Made by a program: the position numbers and the translations under genes | Source: a virus | Taxonomy: Duplodnaviria; Heunggongvirae; Uroviricota; Caudoviricetes | Length of the DNA: 35,693 nt | Direction: 5' to 3' (one strand) | Virus record (IMG/VR): IMGVR_UViG_3300015610_000614 | Coordinates: 1-35,693 of that record | Part shown: positions 15,551 to 24,133 of the stretch, in pieces | Position numbering within the stretch: position 1 is the first letter of the stretch | Layout of the letters: each line of letters begins with the position of its first letter | The notes under the pieces: model-generated | Seen by the model: the letters and a program-made list of their open reading frames with translations, nothing else | Told to the model about the DNA's origin: nothing | Databases searched by the model: none

Positions 15551-15748
15551 TTACTGAAGCATCAAGTGTAAATTTTTAATATCAAAAACTAGAAAACTAA
15601 TGCCGATTACCATTAGAAGCATGGATACGATTTCTTTCCAGCCATACTTACTATTTCGGAACGCATAAAGATGCGCCCAGGCCATAACTACAATGGCGGC
15701 ATCAATCAGAATGTATGTAGATACCTTCAATACTTCAAAGCCACTCAT
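15551..15748 (-). CDS. small two-TM membrane protein
   Basis: ATG at 15748 preferred over track start; two hydrophobic segments. Confidence 0.6.
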   Translation of the reverse strand: MSGFEVLKVSTYILIDAAIVVMAWAHLYAFRNSKYGWKEIVSMLLMVIGISFLVFDIKNLHLMLQ

Positions 15749-15929
15749 AGTCGTCAGGATCTCCGTGCTCAAAGGTATTAAAAAGCTCTGCCTTGGCATC
15801 TAGCACTACTTCGCCATCGCTAGTTGCGTGACGTTTAGCCTTATTCTCGGCAGCGTAATAACTACCCGCATTTACAGCATAATGGTAGTCGCCATCTTCA
15901 GTTTCTACAGTTACGTAAAATGTATACAT
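15735..15929 (-). CDS. hypothetical protein
   Basis: 64 aa acidic ORF. Confidence 0.7.
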   Translation of the reverse strand: MYTFYVTVETEDGDYHYAVNAGSYYAAENKAKRHATSDGEVVLDAKAELFNTFEHGDPDDYEWL

Positions 15930-15939
15930 AGTTATTAGT

Positions 15940-16014
15940 TGGTCCGGCGTGCAGGAATCGAACCCGCATAATTTCTTTAGAAGAGAAATGTCCTATCCAT
16001 TGAACGAACGCCAG
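15940..16014 (-). tRNA. tRNA-Arg(TCT)
   Basis: TTTCT-CTTCTAA-AGAAA arm, TTCGATT, CCA. Confidence 0.92.
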
Positions 16015-16019
16015 GTATA

Positions 16020-16394
16020 TTACTTCTTTTCCTTAGAATTCTTTTCCAGCTCTTCGTCGAGAAGCTCATTAGCTTTCTTACGAATAAGAGTCATTACCTT
16101 CTGAGCCTCAGGAGTTTCTGCAGCCTTAAAAGCATAGTTAGCTCCCACAAGGATGGCAGTTTCGGTTCGGTTCGGAATAGCAAATGTTAGTACTAGCAAT
16201 AGTACCCCAGCAACCCCTGCCCTAGAGAAAGCCTTAAAAGACCCACCTAGTGTGGGTCCGTCACCGTAAGCGGAAGTATCAAGATATACAATTACACATA
16301 GTATACTGATAACAATTAAGATACCACTAGCAAAACCTAGAAAGGCAATGATTGTATTTAGCTTAAGCCAAAAATATAGTAGCAGTAATTCCAT
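16020..16394 (-). CDS. membrane protein
   Basis: Two TM segments then IPNRTETAILVG. Confidence 0.75.
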   Translation of the reverse strand: MELLLLYFWLKLNTIIAFLGFASGILIVISILCVIVYLDTSAYGDGPTLGGSFKAFSRAGVAGVLLLVLTFAIPNRTETAILVGANYAFKAAETPEAQKVMTLIRKKANELLDEELEKNSKEKK

Positions 16395-16678
16395 TACTCA
16401 CGCCCATTTACACAAGGATAAAAGTTTTCACGTTGAACAGGATCATTATAGAATTGCTCAAACTCACTACCAATTAGCGGCTGAATCTTATTTACAGAAT
16501 ACGCCTGCTCATTGTCATAATCCTCTTCAGAGTCATCCCAGCGAGGACTATAGTGATCGGCAAACAACTCGCGCTGTTCCTGCTCCATAAAATCAGATGC
16601 TAGCAACTCCGCCCCCATCTGCCGTCTTAGCCCACACAACACACTCCTGCGAACCACCGCAGGAGTGTGCATTCTCAT
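16394..16678 (-). CDS. hypothetical phage protein
   Basis: 94 aa, coupled to downstream ORF. Confidence 0.7.
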   Translation of the reverse strand: MRMHTPAVVRRSVLCGLRRQMGAELLASDFMEQEQRELFADHYSPRWDDSEEDYDNEQAYSVNKIQPLIGSEFEQFYNDPVQRENFYPCVNGRE

Positions 16679-16764
16679 ATGAAATAATCCACATAATATC
16701 TTCCATTTACTTTCCCAATCAATTTAAGAATCTATTATAGATTCTTTTAATTAATCAAACAAGA

Positions 16765-17553
16765 TTAAATTTCTACAAGTTTCGGAGTATATTCTAGGCT
16801 TGTGTGATCGTAGCCATAATAGCCACGCGGGCTTGATACAACGCGAGTATCGCCAATTTTGTAATCAACAGCCGCATGAATGTGCCCATGGCACCATACC
16901 GCGATATTGCTACGGTTTAGGATTAGTTCCGATAGGTCAGAAGCGTAGCCTCCGTTCATGTGGAAATCATCCTTAAACATTGGATCAATACTAAGAATAC
17001 TAGGAGCATGGTGAGTTACCACAACACATTTCTTGTGTGCAAATTCACTAGCCATCCTGTCAATGTAGGCTTTAGTGAATGTATGCAGTCCTAGTGTATG
17101 CGTAGGACGCAGTTTAGTATAACCCCGGGCATCATTTGTTACGAACCTGTAGTCACCTAGCGCATTATGCACTGTGTACATCGTTACTGGGTTACCCTTA
17201 TTAAGGTCTGCCCACAGTGTGCCCCCAATAAAGATTACATCATCAATAATAATCCAGCTATTCTGTAGATAATACAAATTAGGATATTTACTACAAAAGT
17301 CAGCCAGAATGTCCTCAGTTTTATGTAGCTTTCCATGGTAGTACTCATGGTTGCCTGCTACATAAATAACATTCTTATATTTACTAGTAACGTCATCAAA
17401 GAAATCCTTGATACGTTTACCATCTACAGAATTCTTACCTATACGTGCAGCGACACAGACGTCACCAGCTAGGACCAGTGTATCTGCATCTACTTTTTTA
17501 ATATCTACTTCTTTAAATTCCAGGTGTAGATCACTGGTAATAGCAAATTTCAT
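16765..17553 (-). CDS. calcineurin-like metallophosphoesterase
   Basis: SDLHLE, LAGDV, AGNHEYY, VTHHAP, HGHIH motifs. Confidence 0.92.
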   Translation of the reverse strand: MKFAITSDLHLEFKEVDIKKVDADTLVLAGDVCVAARIGKNSVDGKRIKDFFDDVTSKYKNVIYVAGNHEYYHGKLHKTEDILADFCSKYPNLYYLQNSWIIIDDVIFIGGTLWADLNKGNPVTMYTVHNALGDYRFVTNDARGYTKLRPTHTLGLHTFTKAYIDRMASEFAHKKCVVVTHHAPSILSIDPMFKDDFHMNGGYASDLSELILNRSNIAVWCHGHIHAAVDYKIGDTRVVSSPRGYYGYDHTSLEYTPKLVEI

Positions 17554-18014
17554 TATAGTTCCGGAAATTCAAACCAAATAGGAGTTTCTCGCCCAGTCCA
17601 TTTACAGAAGTGTGCCTTATCACGACGATAATATTCCCGATAAGCTTCTACTACATCTGGAATATTCTTTAGGTCATCGGCTACGCACTTAGGAAACTCT
17701 GTAATTAGCCCAGAACGCCCGAGCTTAGGATCAGGAAGAGATTCAATAACACCAATACTTTTATGAGTTTTACCATAGCGGTATGTATATTCATCACCAA
17801 CCTCCAAGGCAAGTTCCATCAGCCAATCATAATTTTCTTGGCATGTGCGAGCCCAGATAGCGCACGGATGATTTTTATGGGTTAATTCGTAGCCAACAGC
17901 ATTGCCAGCCACACGATGCACAGAACTGAGCAGCTGCGCATATTCTAGGATCATTTTAACTATGTGCTTATCACAATGGTATTGGGCACATAGCTTAATA
18001 TCACGGTCTAGCAC
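17553..18014 (-). CDS. pyrimidine-dimer DNA glycosylase (endonuclease V-like family)
   Basis: CAQYHCDKHIVKMILEYAQLLS, THKNHPCAIWAR, EYTYRYGKTHKS, VVEAYREYY; atypical GTG start. Confidence 0.82.
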   Translation of the reverse strand: MLDRDIKLCAQYHCDKHIVKMILEYAQLLSSVHRVAGNAVGYELTHKNHPCAIWARTCQENYDWLMELALEVGDEYTYRYGKTHKSIGVIESLPDPKLGRSGLITEFPKCVADDLKNIPDVVEAYREYYRRDKAHFCKWTGRETPIWFEFPEL

Positions 18015-18152
18015 GGATAGTGGAATGAATAGTGCCGTCGTCGGCTTGATATACTGTTTTCATAAAATATAATTCCCTATCAAAGAAACTATATTTTATG
18101 CAAAATTAAGGCAGAAAACAAGATTAAAAAAGCCCGCCTAAGCGGGCTCAGT

Positions 18153-18359
18153 TTAGGGTCCGTAAGTATCTAAACACGTATAGCAGATTTTATTTCCATC
18201 TAAATCTATAGGCATTTTTTCATAGTTATGCCAAATAGAACAACTAGCACACTGCGCTAGTGGGTAAGTATCCATTGCTGGATCATATTCAATTCCGTAC
18301 TCCTCACATACTTCTTGAAGAGTTTTACGAGTTCGATATAGAGAATCTAAAAACTTCAT
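18153..18359 (-). CDS. small Cys-rich (Zn-finger-like) protein
   Basis: CASC and CYTC pairs. Confidence 0.65.
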   Translation of the reverse strand: MKFLDSLYRTRKTLQEVCEEYGIEYDPAMDTYPLAQCASCSIWHNYEKMPIDLDGNKICYTCLDTYGP

Positions 18360-18490
18360 TAGATTACTTCTTGTACTTTCCAGCCATGATATTCTTTGAT
18401 TTTACCATTTAGTAATTCCGATAATTTACTAGTAAGTATTCTGTGTCGTTTTGCAAAAGCAGAAGCACCTCTATAAATTATAACATACAT
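18359..18490 (-). pseudogene. possible homing-endonuclease C-terminal DNA-binding remnant
   Basis: 43 aa ...AFAKRHRI...SELLNGKIKEYHGWK translated by hand. Confidence 0.4.
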
Positions 18491-18501
18491 GTTGTTTGTA
18501 A

Positions 18502-18945
18502 TCAAATATTTTTTTCGTTAACCCCATCTTGCTTATATTTTCCTTTATTTGATACATAATGTATCGCAAAAAGAAGATTACACGCAGCATGTGACAAGTG
18601 AGGCAAGCCGGACTCTGGGTCTATGTGTTCTCCCCGCAGGAATGCAAATATGTGTCGTAAAGCAGAATTAAGTACCCGTATAGTACCTAAGCCAGTACCT
18701 ACTTTCCAATTATTGGCAGCATATTTAGTAGCACCAAACTCTAGTACTTTTGCAACTTCTTCTACAGAATCAAAAGGTACTAGCGACCAATTTGTTTTAC
18801 CGTTATCTAATTTTACTGCTTCTGTGGGGCCCTTTACCTCTGGAGGATTAAAATGTCCTGGACCAATCTTTCTATCCTGCCAATGTTCTAGTACCTTACT
18901 AGAAGGCCCTACTACTTTTTCTAGTTCGATTTGCTCTTGATTCAT
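18502..18945 (-). CDS. dATP/dGTP diphosphohydrolase-like protein (DUF5664)
   Basis: KLDNGKTNWSLVP, VLEFGATKYAANNW, ALRHI, DPESGLPHLSHAACNLLF. Confidence 0.88.
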   Translation of the reverse strand: MNQEQIELEKVVGPSSKVLEHWQDRKIGPGHFNPPEVKGPTEAVKLDNGKTNWSLVPFDSVEEVAKVLEFGATKYAANNWKVGTGLGTIRVLNSALRHIFAFLRGEHIDPESGLPHLSHAACNLLFAIHYVSNKGKYKQDGVNEKNI

Positions 18946-19130
18946 ATAATAAATAAGAAAGCCAGGCTTATTAGGCCTGGCTGGTTAACGAAACGCCCAG
19001 CAAGGCGATTTACACGTCATACACTGATTTGTCCCACGAGTCCTTGCTGAGAGCCGCTTCGATAATCAGTTTCGGAAGATTAGGTTGTTTCTTGCTTCAT
19101 CGCGGTTAGCAGCCAACTCCAATGCTGCTA

Positions 19131-19313
19131 TCATTTCTTTAACAATACCGGCACTTTAGCTGCCTTCTTTCTATTTAGAAAACTTAGTACCAATACGTCC
19201 AATTCTGGCTTTTTAGCAAATGGTTTACCCGCATAATATTTATCAAAAACGGGAAGTAGCTGATTCAGAATCATATCTTCCAGCTTTTGGATGTATTGGT
19301 TACTATAGTTCAT
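19131..19313 (-). CDS. hypothetical protein
   Basis: First gene of leftward block, behind promoter 19344-19372. Confidence 0.6.
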   Translation of the reverse strand: MNYSNQYIQKLEDMILNQLLPVFDKYYAGKPFAKKPELDVLVLSFLNRKKAAKVPVLLKK

Positions 19314-19415
19314 AAATAGACTAATATTATTAGATTTTCATAAATTATAGCAGCTTAGGAAGACCTGTGCAAGTGGGAAATTTTGATGGGCGCAGAGCGC
19401 GTTGTAAATTTCGCG

Positions 19416-19444
19416 CTTGTTGTTATAACCTATTTGGCCTATAA
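19416..19444 (+). promoter_or_regulatory. rightward sigma70 promoter at the early-region divergence point
   Basis: TTGTTG-17 bp-TATAAT, back-to-back with leftward promoter 19344-19372. Confidence 0.75.
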
Positions 19445-19478
19445 TATACCCATATTTTGAAAATTAAAGGCAATTATC

Positions 19479-19691
19479 ATGAAATATTTTTGGAATGATG
19501 CAGCTGGCCTTAATTCCGACATTGAACGTCATATTAAGGAAGAAAAGAATCTTCTAGCAAGGATCGAAGCACTGGAATCTATTGAAGAGCGTAATGCTTT
19601 GCAGAATGCATCGCTTCGTACATATCGTAATTTTCTGTGCCAGCTTATGCAAAGTAAGGCTGATACTGTCAACAAGCTGGGGCGTAAGTAA
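19479..19691 (+). CDS. hypothetical protein
   Basis: 70 aa, RBS AAGG, first gene of rightward block. Confidence 0.75.
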   Translation: MKYFWNDAAGLNSDIERHIKEEKNLLARIEALESIEERNALQNASLRTYRNFLCQLMQSKADTVNKLGRK

Positions 19692-19870
19692 TGAATCAAC
19701 TAATTAATCAATTGACGGACTCAGGTACGGTTTTGGGTCTACGTGCGGCACGCACCATTATGCTGTTGCTGCAAAAGCTAGAATCTACGGAGAACTTTAT
19801 CAAGCAGGAAGCACATCTAGCGGGTAAGTATCCACTGCCTGAAGTTACTAATTCTGAGGAGCATTTTTAA
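19691..19870 (+). CDS. hypothetical protein
   Basis: 59 aa translated by hand; TAATG coupling at both ends. Confidence 0.7.
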   Translation: MNQLINQLTDSGTVLGLRAARTIMLLLQKLESTENFIKQEAHLAGKYPLPEVTNSEEHF

Positions 19871-20091
19871 TGAAATTTTGGACCAAGATTCGTAAACACG
19901 GCTGGGAATCTGGTGAAGAATATGCCTGCTTTGAGTTTCCTGACGATACAGCACATGCAGTAGCGGTCAAGGAAGTAGATGCACATCTGGCAATCAATTT
20001 TCAAAAACGAGTGGGGGCATTGCTAAGTGTGGTACCGAAAACTAAGAAACCTATTTTTAGCTTCTCTTTTAAGCCTACCGACGCTGCTTAA
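19870..20091 (+). CDS. hypothetical protein
   Basis: 73 aa, TAATG coupled; overlaps next ORF by 65 bp. Confidence 0.55.
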   Translation: MKFWTKIRKHGWESGEEYACFEFPDDTAHAVAVKEVDAHLAINFQKRVGALLSVVPKTKKPIFSFSFKPTDAA

Positions 20092-20446
20092 TGCTGCCCC
20101 GTCTTCCGAAGTATATTGTCTAGCTGCAAATATACATAACGAGGCTCGTGGAGAACCATATCTAGGACGTCTAGCAATTGCTGTAGTCACTATTAATCGC
20201 GCCCGCAGTGGCGTATTTAATAGTGACATTTGCGCCGTTGTATACGACAAAAAGCAATTTAGCTGGACTAATAACAGGCTAAGACTAGAGCCTACGCGGG
20301 AGGATTATATGATCGCTGCGCTGGCTCTATCTGGAGAACATGAATTAAAAGAGTTTGATGCGCTATACTTTCATGCTGTGTATGTAAAACCACAGTGGAA
20401 GCTTACTAGATTGCGTCAGATTCATAACCATATATTTTACAAATGA
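20027..20446 (+). CDS. SleB/CwlJ-like cell wall hydrolase (Hydrolase_2)
   Basis: CLAANIHNEARGE, VTINR, VVYDKKQFSWT, ALYFHA, NHIFYK. Confidence 0.9.
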   Translation: MWYRKLRNLFLASLLSLPTLLNAAPSSEVYCLAANIHNEARGEPYLGRLAIAVVTINRARSGVFNSDICAVVYDKKQFSWTNNRLRLEPTREDYMIAALALSGEHELKEFDALYFHAVYVKPQWKLTRLRQIHNHIFYK

Positions 20447-20829
20447 ATGAAGAAATTACACTAGAAGATGTAATTAGAGCATATAGCGATTTAATGTTAT
20501 TTTATAAGGCTGAAAATATTCCAGCACTTATCGACGCCCAGGCCGAACATGTCCGAAAGCTACAGCTTAGGATCTACAAGCAAGATAAATCCCTAGAAAT
20601 GCGTGAGCTTGTTGTGAAAGAAGATTATGGAGACGAGCTAGTAACTAAAGTTATTGAGGACCGCGACAATAAACTTACTAATCTGTTTAGCAAGGTATTT
20701 GAAGATATTAGCAAAATGTCTAAAGAGGGCTTCCGTGCTAAAATGGAATTAGTTAAGGGTAGCGATCTTTACATTGATACTCTACTAGTAGAGCCCGTAC
20801 CAGACTATGAAAATTTAACCCACATCTGA
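20443..20829 (+). CDS. hypothetical protein
   Basis: 128 aa, overlapping start. Confidence 0.7.
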   Translation: MNEEITLEDVIRAYSDLMLFYKAENIPALIDAQAEHVRKLQLRIYKQDKSLEMRELVVKEDYGDELVTKVIEDRDNKLTNLFSKVFEDISKMSKEGFRAKMELVKGSDLYIDTLLVEPVPDYENLTHI

Positions 20830-20948
20830 CCAATTAGGGGTAGCAGTTCGAAAATTTTCGAGTTGCTACCCCCTTTCTTTTGGGTTATAATATATCTTTA
20901 AGGTTGAAATAATGAGTTTAGCCGAACAATATGTAAAATTTATAGTAA

Positions 20949-21131
20949 ATGAAGAATTTTGACGATATTCTTCAATGTCATCCGTATGGTACAGTTTGTT
21001 TTAAGTGTAATAACAACATTGCAAACTGCACTAATAATCCATATATCTACACAGACAAACAACTAGCCGAACTAGAAAAAGTACTGGCAGATATTATTAG
21101 AAAGAACACAAATGCAACCACATATTCATAA
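20949..21131 (+). CDS. small Cys-containing hypothetical protein
   Basis: 60 aa, behind TTGCTA-17-TATAAT promoter. Confidence 0.55.
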   Translation: MKNFDDILQCHPYGTVCFKCNNNIANCTNNPYIYTDKQLAELEKVLADIIRKNTNATTYS

Positions 21132-21420
21132 AGATCTGATCATCGCCTGGGCTAATGGCGAAGAGATTCAATATCTCAGTGAAGTAACTAATAGATGGCA
21201 CGATATTACTTGGACTCCAGATTGGGATATTGGTTCAAAGTATCGAGTCAAACCTAAGCCGTCCATGCTTGACAAACTGATGCACAGCATTCAGGAGTCT
21301 GGTCAGGGCCATATTCAATGGAATATGAACAGCAACGCTACTACAACTATCAGCATCACTGCAGATACTGTATTTCTAGAAAAAGCACTACGGGAACTAT
21401 GTAATCATGCACAAGCATAA
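21112..21420 (+). CDS. hypothetical protein, paralog of 21407..21688
   Basis: HKDLIIAWANGEEIQY...W...PDW....YRVKP. Confidence 0.8.
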   Translation: MQPHIHKDLIIAWANGEEIQYLSEVTNRWHDITWTPDWDIGSKYRVKPKPSMLDKLMHSIQESGQGHIQWNMNSNATTTISITADTVFLEKALRELCNHAQA

Positions 21421-21688
21421 AGACCTAATTATCGCCTGGGCTCATGGGGCTAAGATTGAGTATCAGCTAGAATCAGGTGGCTGGTGTGAAGTCGATAACC
21501 CTAATTGGGATAGTTATTTCAGGTTTCGTATCAAGCCTAGTAAAGTAGAACGCCTAAAGGAGCTGATCTTCTCCAATAATGGAGATTGGGATCAACATGG
21601 TGATTTTCTCACTTTTAAAATCTATCGTAGTGACCTAGAAACTGTATTAAATAAACTATGCAACCAGTATACCGAGACTCAACCCTAG
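21407..21688 (+). CDS. hypothetical protein, paralog of 21112..21420
   Basis: HKDLIIAWAHGAKIEY...W...PNW....FRIKP. Confidence 0.8.
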   Translation: MHKHKDLIIAWAHGAKIEYQLESGGWCEVDNPNWDSYFRFRIKPSKVERLKELIFSNNGDWDQHGDFLTFKIYRSDLETVLNKLCNQYTETQP

Positions 21689-21816
21689 CCAAAGGTAGCC
21701 TAGCCCTGCAACTTTACCAAGAGTGGCAGAAGTCTAAGAAGCCAGAAGATAAAAAGAAGCTCGACCAGCATATGAAGCAGGTCGAAGATAACTATAGGAA
21801 ACTATCAAATGTTTGA
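21658..21816 (+). CDS. small hypothetical protein
   Basis: 52 aa ...LAKGSLALQLYQEWQKSKKPEDKKKLDQHMK translated by hand. Confidence 0.6.
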   Translation: MQPVYRDSTLAKGSLALQLYQEWQKSKKPEDKKKLDQHMKQVEDNYRKLSNV

Positions 21817-21846
21817 GTTTAAACTACATGTAAGCCTAGTACAAGT

Positions 21847-22140
21847 ATGAATAAGTATAAAGTATTCCTAACAGTAGAGTCCAAGTCCCTAAATCTCCGA
21901 GGTTATCTAGGGTATGGTTGGTTCACGGCTGAAGCAGCCTCGCCAGAAGAAGCTATCGAGCTATACACCACAGTTAATACTAAAGCCTATTCACAGGCTT
22001 TAGATGATATGACTAAGCCGTTGTTTCTGCTGTCAGCCCCTAATAGTCTAAAAATCATCGTAGTCCCTCAACAGCAGTTCCAATCCTCAATCTGGAATTA
22101 CAGTATTAGAGCAGAGTTAGATGAAGCAGATCCAACTTAA
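21847..22140 (+). CDS. hypothetical protein
   Basis: 97 aa in co-oriented run. Confidence 0.65.
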   Translation: MNKYKVFLTVESKSLNLRGYLGYGWFTAEAASPEEAIELYTTVNTKAYSQALDDMTKPLFLLSAPNSLKIIVVPQQQFQSSIWNYSIRAELDEADPT

Positions 22141-22330
22141 CGAGCCATTCCAAGTAGCGGGTTACATGCTTTACAAAGCAGGTACCCCACTCTACGGTGA
22201 AGAGCTTCCCAATCACTCCCCTCGCTTACGCACTCTAGTGGTCAATCACAGCCAAGGAGATTACTTGTTCATGCATAACGCAAGGCCAGTGTACGTAAAA
22301 GAACTCCCGGAATCTCCTGAAGAAAAATGA
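22121..22330 (+). CDS. hypothetical protein
   Basis: 69 aa, overlapping start. Confidence 0.65.
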   Translation: MKQIQLNEPFQVAGYMLYKAGTPLYGEELPNHSPRLRTLVVNHSQGDYLFMHNARPVYVKELPESPEEK

Positions 22331-22720
22331 GTTTGACATGTGCCAACAACGTATGCTACAATAACAGCTGTGCTAGAGTAGATGATAAACATCGAACGAA
22401 ACGCACAGCCGAGCAATGCGCCTCGAAAACTTTCGAAAGCATTGCGAGATTAACAATCTCCCCCGCGGGATGAGATATGAAAAATACGGATGAAGCCATG
22501 AAGGAGTGAACATTTTTCTTTATCTCGATTCCTGGGCGGTGATTGATTAAATCTCACGCAATGCCAGCAAATTACTAAACGCCGAAAGTGTATCTATTAT
22601 TTTACCTTTTATGGTAAATTTTATTATTACAATTATTACAATTCTGAATAAGCTATAACTAATATAGCAAACCATACGTTCTTTACGCTCCTCCATGACT
22701 AGGGAACTCTAGCAAGAATC

Positions 22721-23437
22721 ATGAAAAACCTAAAACTATTTAATTTCGGAAAACTACTAGAAAAGGCATCTGGCAACTCTAGTGATAACAAAGAAGCCTG
22801 TGTAGAGTTTCTAGCAGGTAATCCTCAGCTGAAGCTAGACACGCCTTGGTGGTGTGAACAAGCACTAGCAGCAATCGCAGAACATGCACCAGTTAAAGTA
22901 GATGGTAAATACAACGGAAAAGCCACGATTGCCTCAATTGAGGATCGATGGCTAAAAGGTTTAGTATTTTATCTAATTACTCAATCCCCTAGTAACTTCC
23001 ACAGTAAGGCGGTTACTAAGTATCCTCAATATGGGTCATTAACTCCAATGGTGATGGCTGGGTATAAGCAGTATAGGAATATTCAATACGAGGAATGGGA
23101 TAAGCTCTCGTGCGAGAAGATGCTCCCTAGTTTACTACGTCCGCTAGTCGGGCTCCAGCCGCTACTGAAGGTAGATCGTGGCGAATTGCTACAGCTTAGG
23201 GAAGAGCTTGGTACCGGATACGTTCATAGCTACTACGGTAATAAGAGTATACTAAAAGAGTATCCGGTAGCTGCTAGACGTATGCTACTACAAAATTGGC
23301 TATGCGATCCTAATGTGTACCAAGACAACGGTAATCTAATTGTTCTAGATCCCTTCAATTGGGATTACAAACCAGAACCCCTTATCTCCACTGAAGTAAC
23401 GACTAAAGTAGTAGATACGTCCGACAGTTGGTACTAG
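22721..23437 (+). CDS. D2: T5 D2-like protein
   Basis: KYPQYGSLTPMV...YRNIQYEEWDK and MLLQNWL...LIVLDPFNWDYKPE resemble recalled T5 D2 motifs. Confidence 0.7.
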   Translation: MKNLKLFNFGKLLEKASGNSSDNKEACVEFLAGNPQLKLDTPWWCEQALAAIAEHAPVKVDGKYNGKATIASIEDRWLKGLVFYLITQSPSNFHSKAVTKYPQYGSLTPMVMAGYKQYRNIQYEEWDKLSCEKMLPSLLRPLVGLQPLLKVDRGELLQLREELGTGYVHSYYGNKSILKEYPVAARRMLLQNWLCDPNVYQDNGNLIVLDPFNWDYKPEPLISTEVTTKVVDTSDSWY

Positions 23438-23480
23438 ACTACTAAAAATCGACCCTAAGGTGAGTAAATCACTATAAATT

Positions 23481-23585
23481 CCCGTGATAACAGTGGATGT
23501 TGCAATTTAGGATCGACTTAATTGTAACGTACGCTGCAATTTAGGATCCGCCCGTGATAACAGTGGATGCTGCAATTTAGGATCG
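23481..23585 (+). repeat. 35-bp direct repeat x2 plus a half copy
   Basis: CCCGTGATAACAGTGGATG(T/C)TGCAATTTAGGATCG at 23481 and 23551; GCTGCAATTTAGGATC at 23533; inverted copy at 24143-24158. Confidence 0.9.
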
Positions 23586-23730
23586 GAACCGCTTTTCGTC
23601 CACGCCAATTTTTTTGTTGGTCCCCCCGCCCCTTGGAATTAATTTTGTACGCAGTACGCCGATCCTAAGTCGCCACAATCGCCCATAATCGCTAGAAATC
23701 GCCCATAATCCCCATTTAATTCAAATTATC

Positions 23731-24051
23731 ATGCAATACGATAAAGAAACCACCGATAAGCTAGTTTCTATGTATAATGGCGGATCCTCAGCTGAGGAAA
23801 TCGCCGAGGCACTAAATCTATCAACTCGCTCTGTTATCGGTAAACTCTCCAGCTTAGGTATTTACAAAAAGAAGCAATACCTAAATAAGCTCGGGCAGCC
23901 TCCAGTTAAAAAAGAAGAGTATGTTGCTCGAATCGCAGATTTGCTCGAAGCACCACTAGATACTCTAGATTCGCTTGAAAAAGCAAATAAGCGAGTGCTC
24001 CAGATGATCGAAGAAGCACTACAAGAGCTCCGGGCTCTTAAAGATGCTTGA
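23731..24051 (+). CDS. D3: T5 D3/A2-family DNA-binding protein
   Basis: EEIAEALNLSTRSVIGKLSSLGIYKKK HTH-like motif; follows D2-like gene as in T5. Confidence 0.7.
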   Translation: MQYDKETTDKLVSMYNGGSSAEEIAEALNLSTRSVIGKLSSLGIYKKKQYLNKLGQPPVKKEEYVARIADLLEAPLDTLDSLEKANKRVLQMIEEALQELRALKDA

Positions 24052-24094
24052 TACGTACGTTTCGTCAATCACCAGGCCTTCGGCCTGGTGTAGA

Positions 24095-24133
24095 AAAAGC
24101 CCCACAGCTATAACGGCTGTGGGGCTTTTATTT
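24095..24133 (+). terminator. intrinsic terminator ending the rightward early block
   Basis: AAAAAGCCCCACAGC...GCTGTGGGGCTTTTATTT. Confidence 0.85.

Larger units (their letters stand above)
1051..19372 (-). promoter_or_regulatory. series of about 16 consensus sigma70 promoters (TTGxxx-17 bp-TATAAT-like), all leftward
   Basis: -10..-35 spans 1051-1079, 3604-3632, 7046-7074, 8642-8670, 8946-8974, 9308-9336, 10321-10349, 10589-10617, 12594-12622, 13783-13811, 14202-14230, 15206-15234, 15290-15318, 16734-16762, 18093-18121, 19344-19372. Confidence 0.85.

Noticed and set aside
18502-18945. 2-aminoadenine (Z-base) genome system
   Set aside because: DUF5664 is present but there is no PurZ or DatZ gene in the window; this domain often occurs alone
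23481-23585. DnaA boxes in the 35-bp repeats
   Set aside because: GTGATAA and GTGGATG only partly resemble TGTGGATAA
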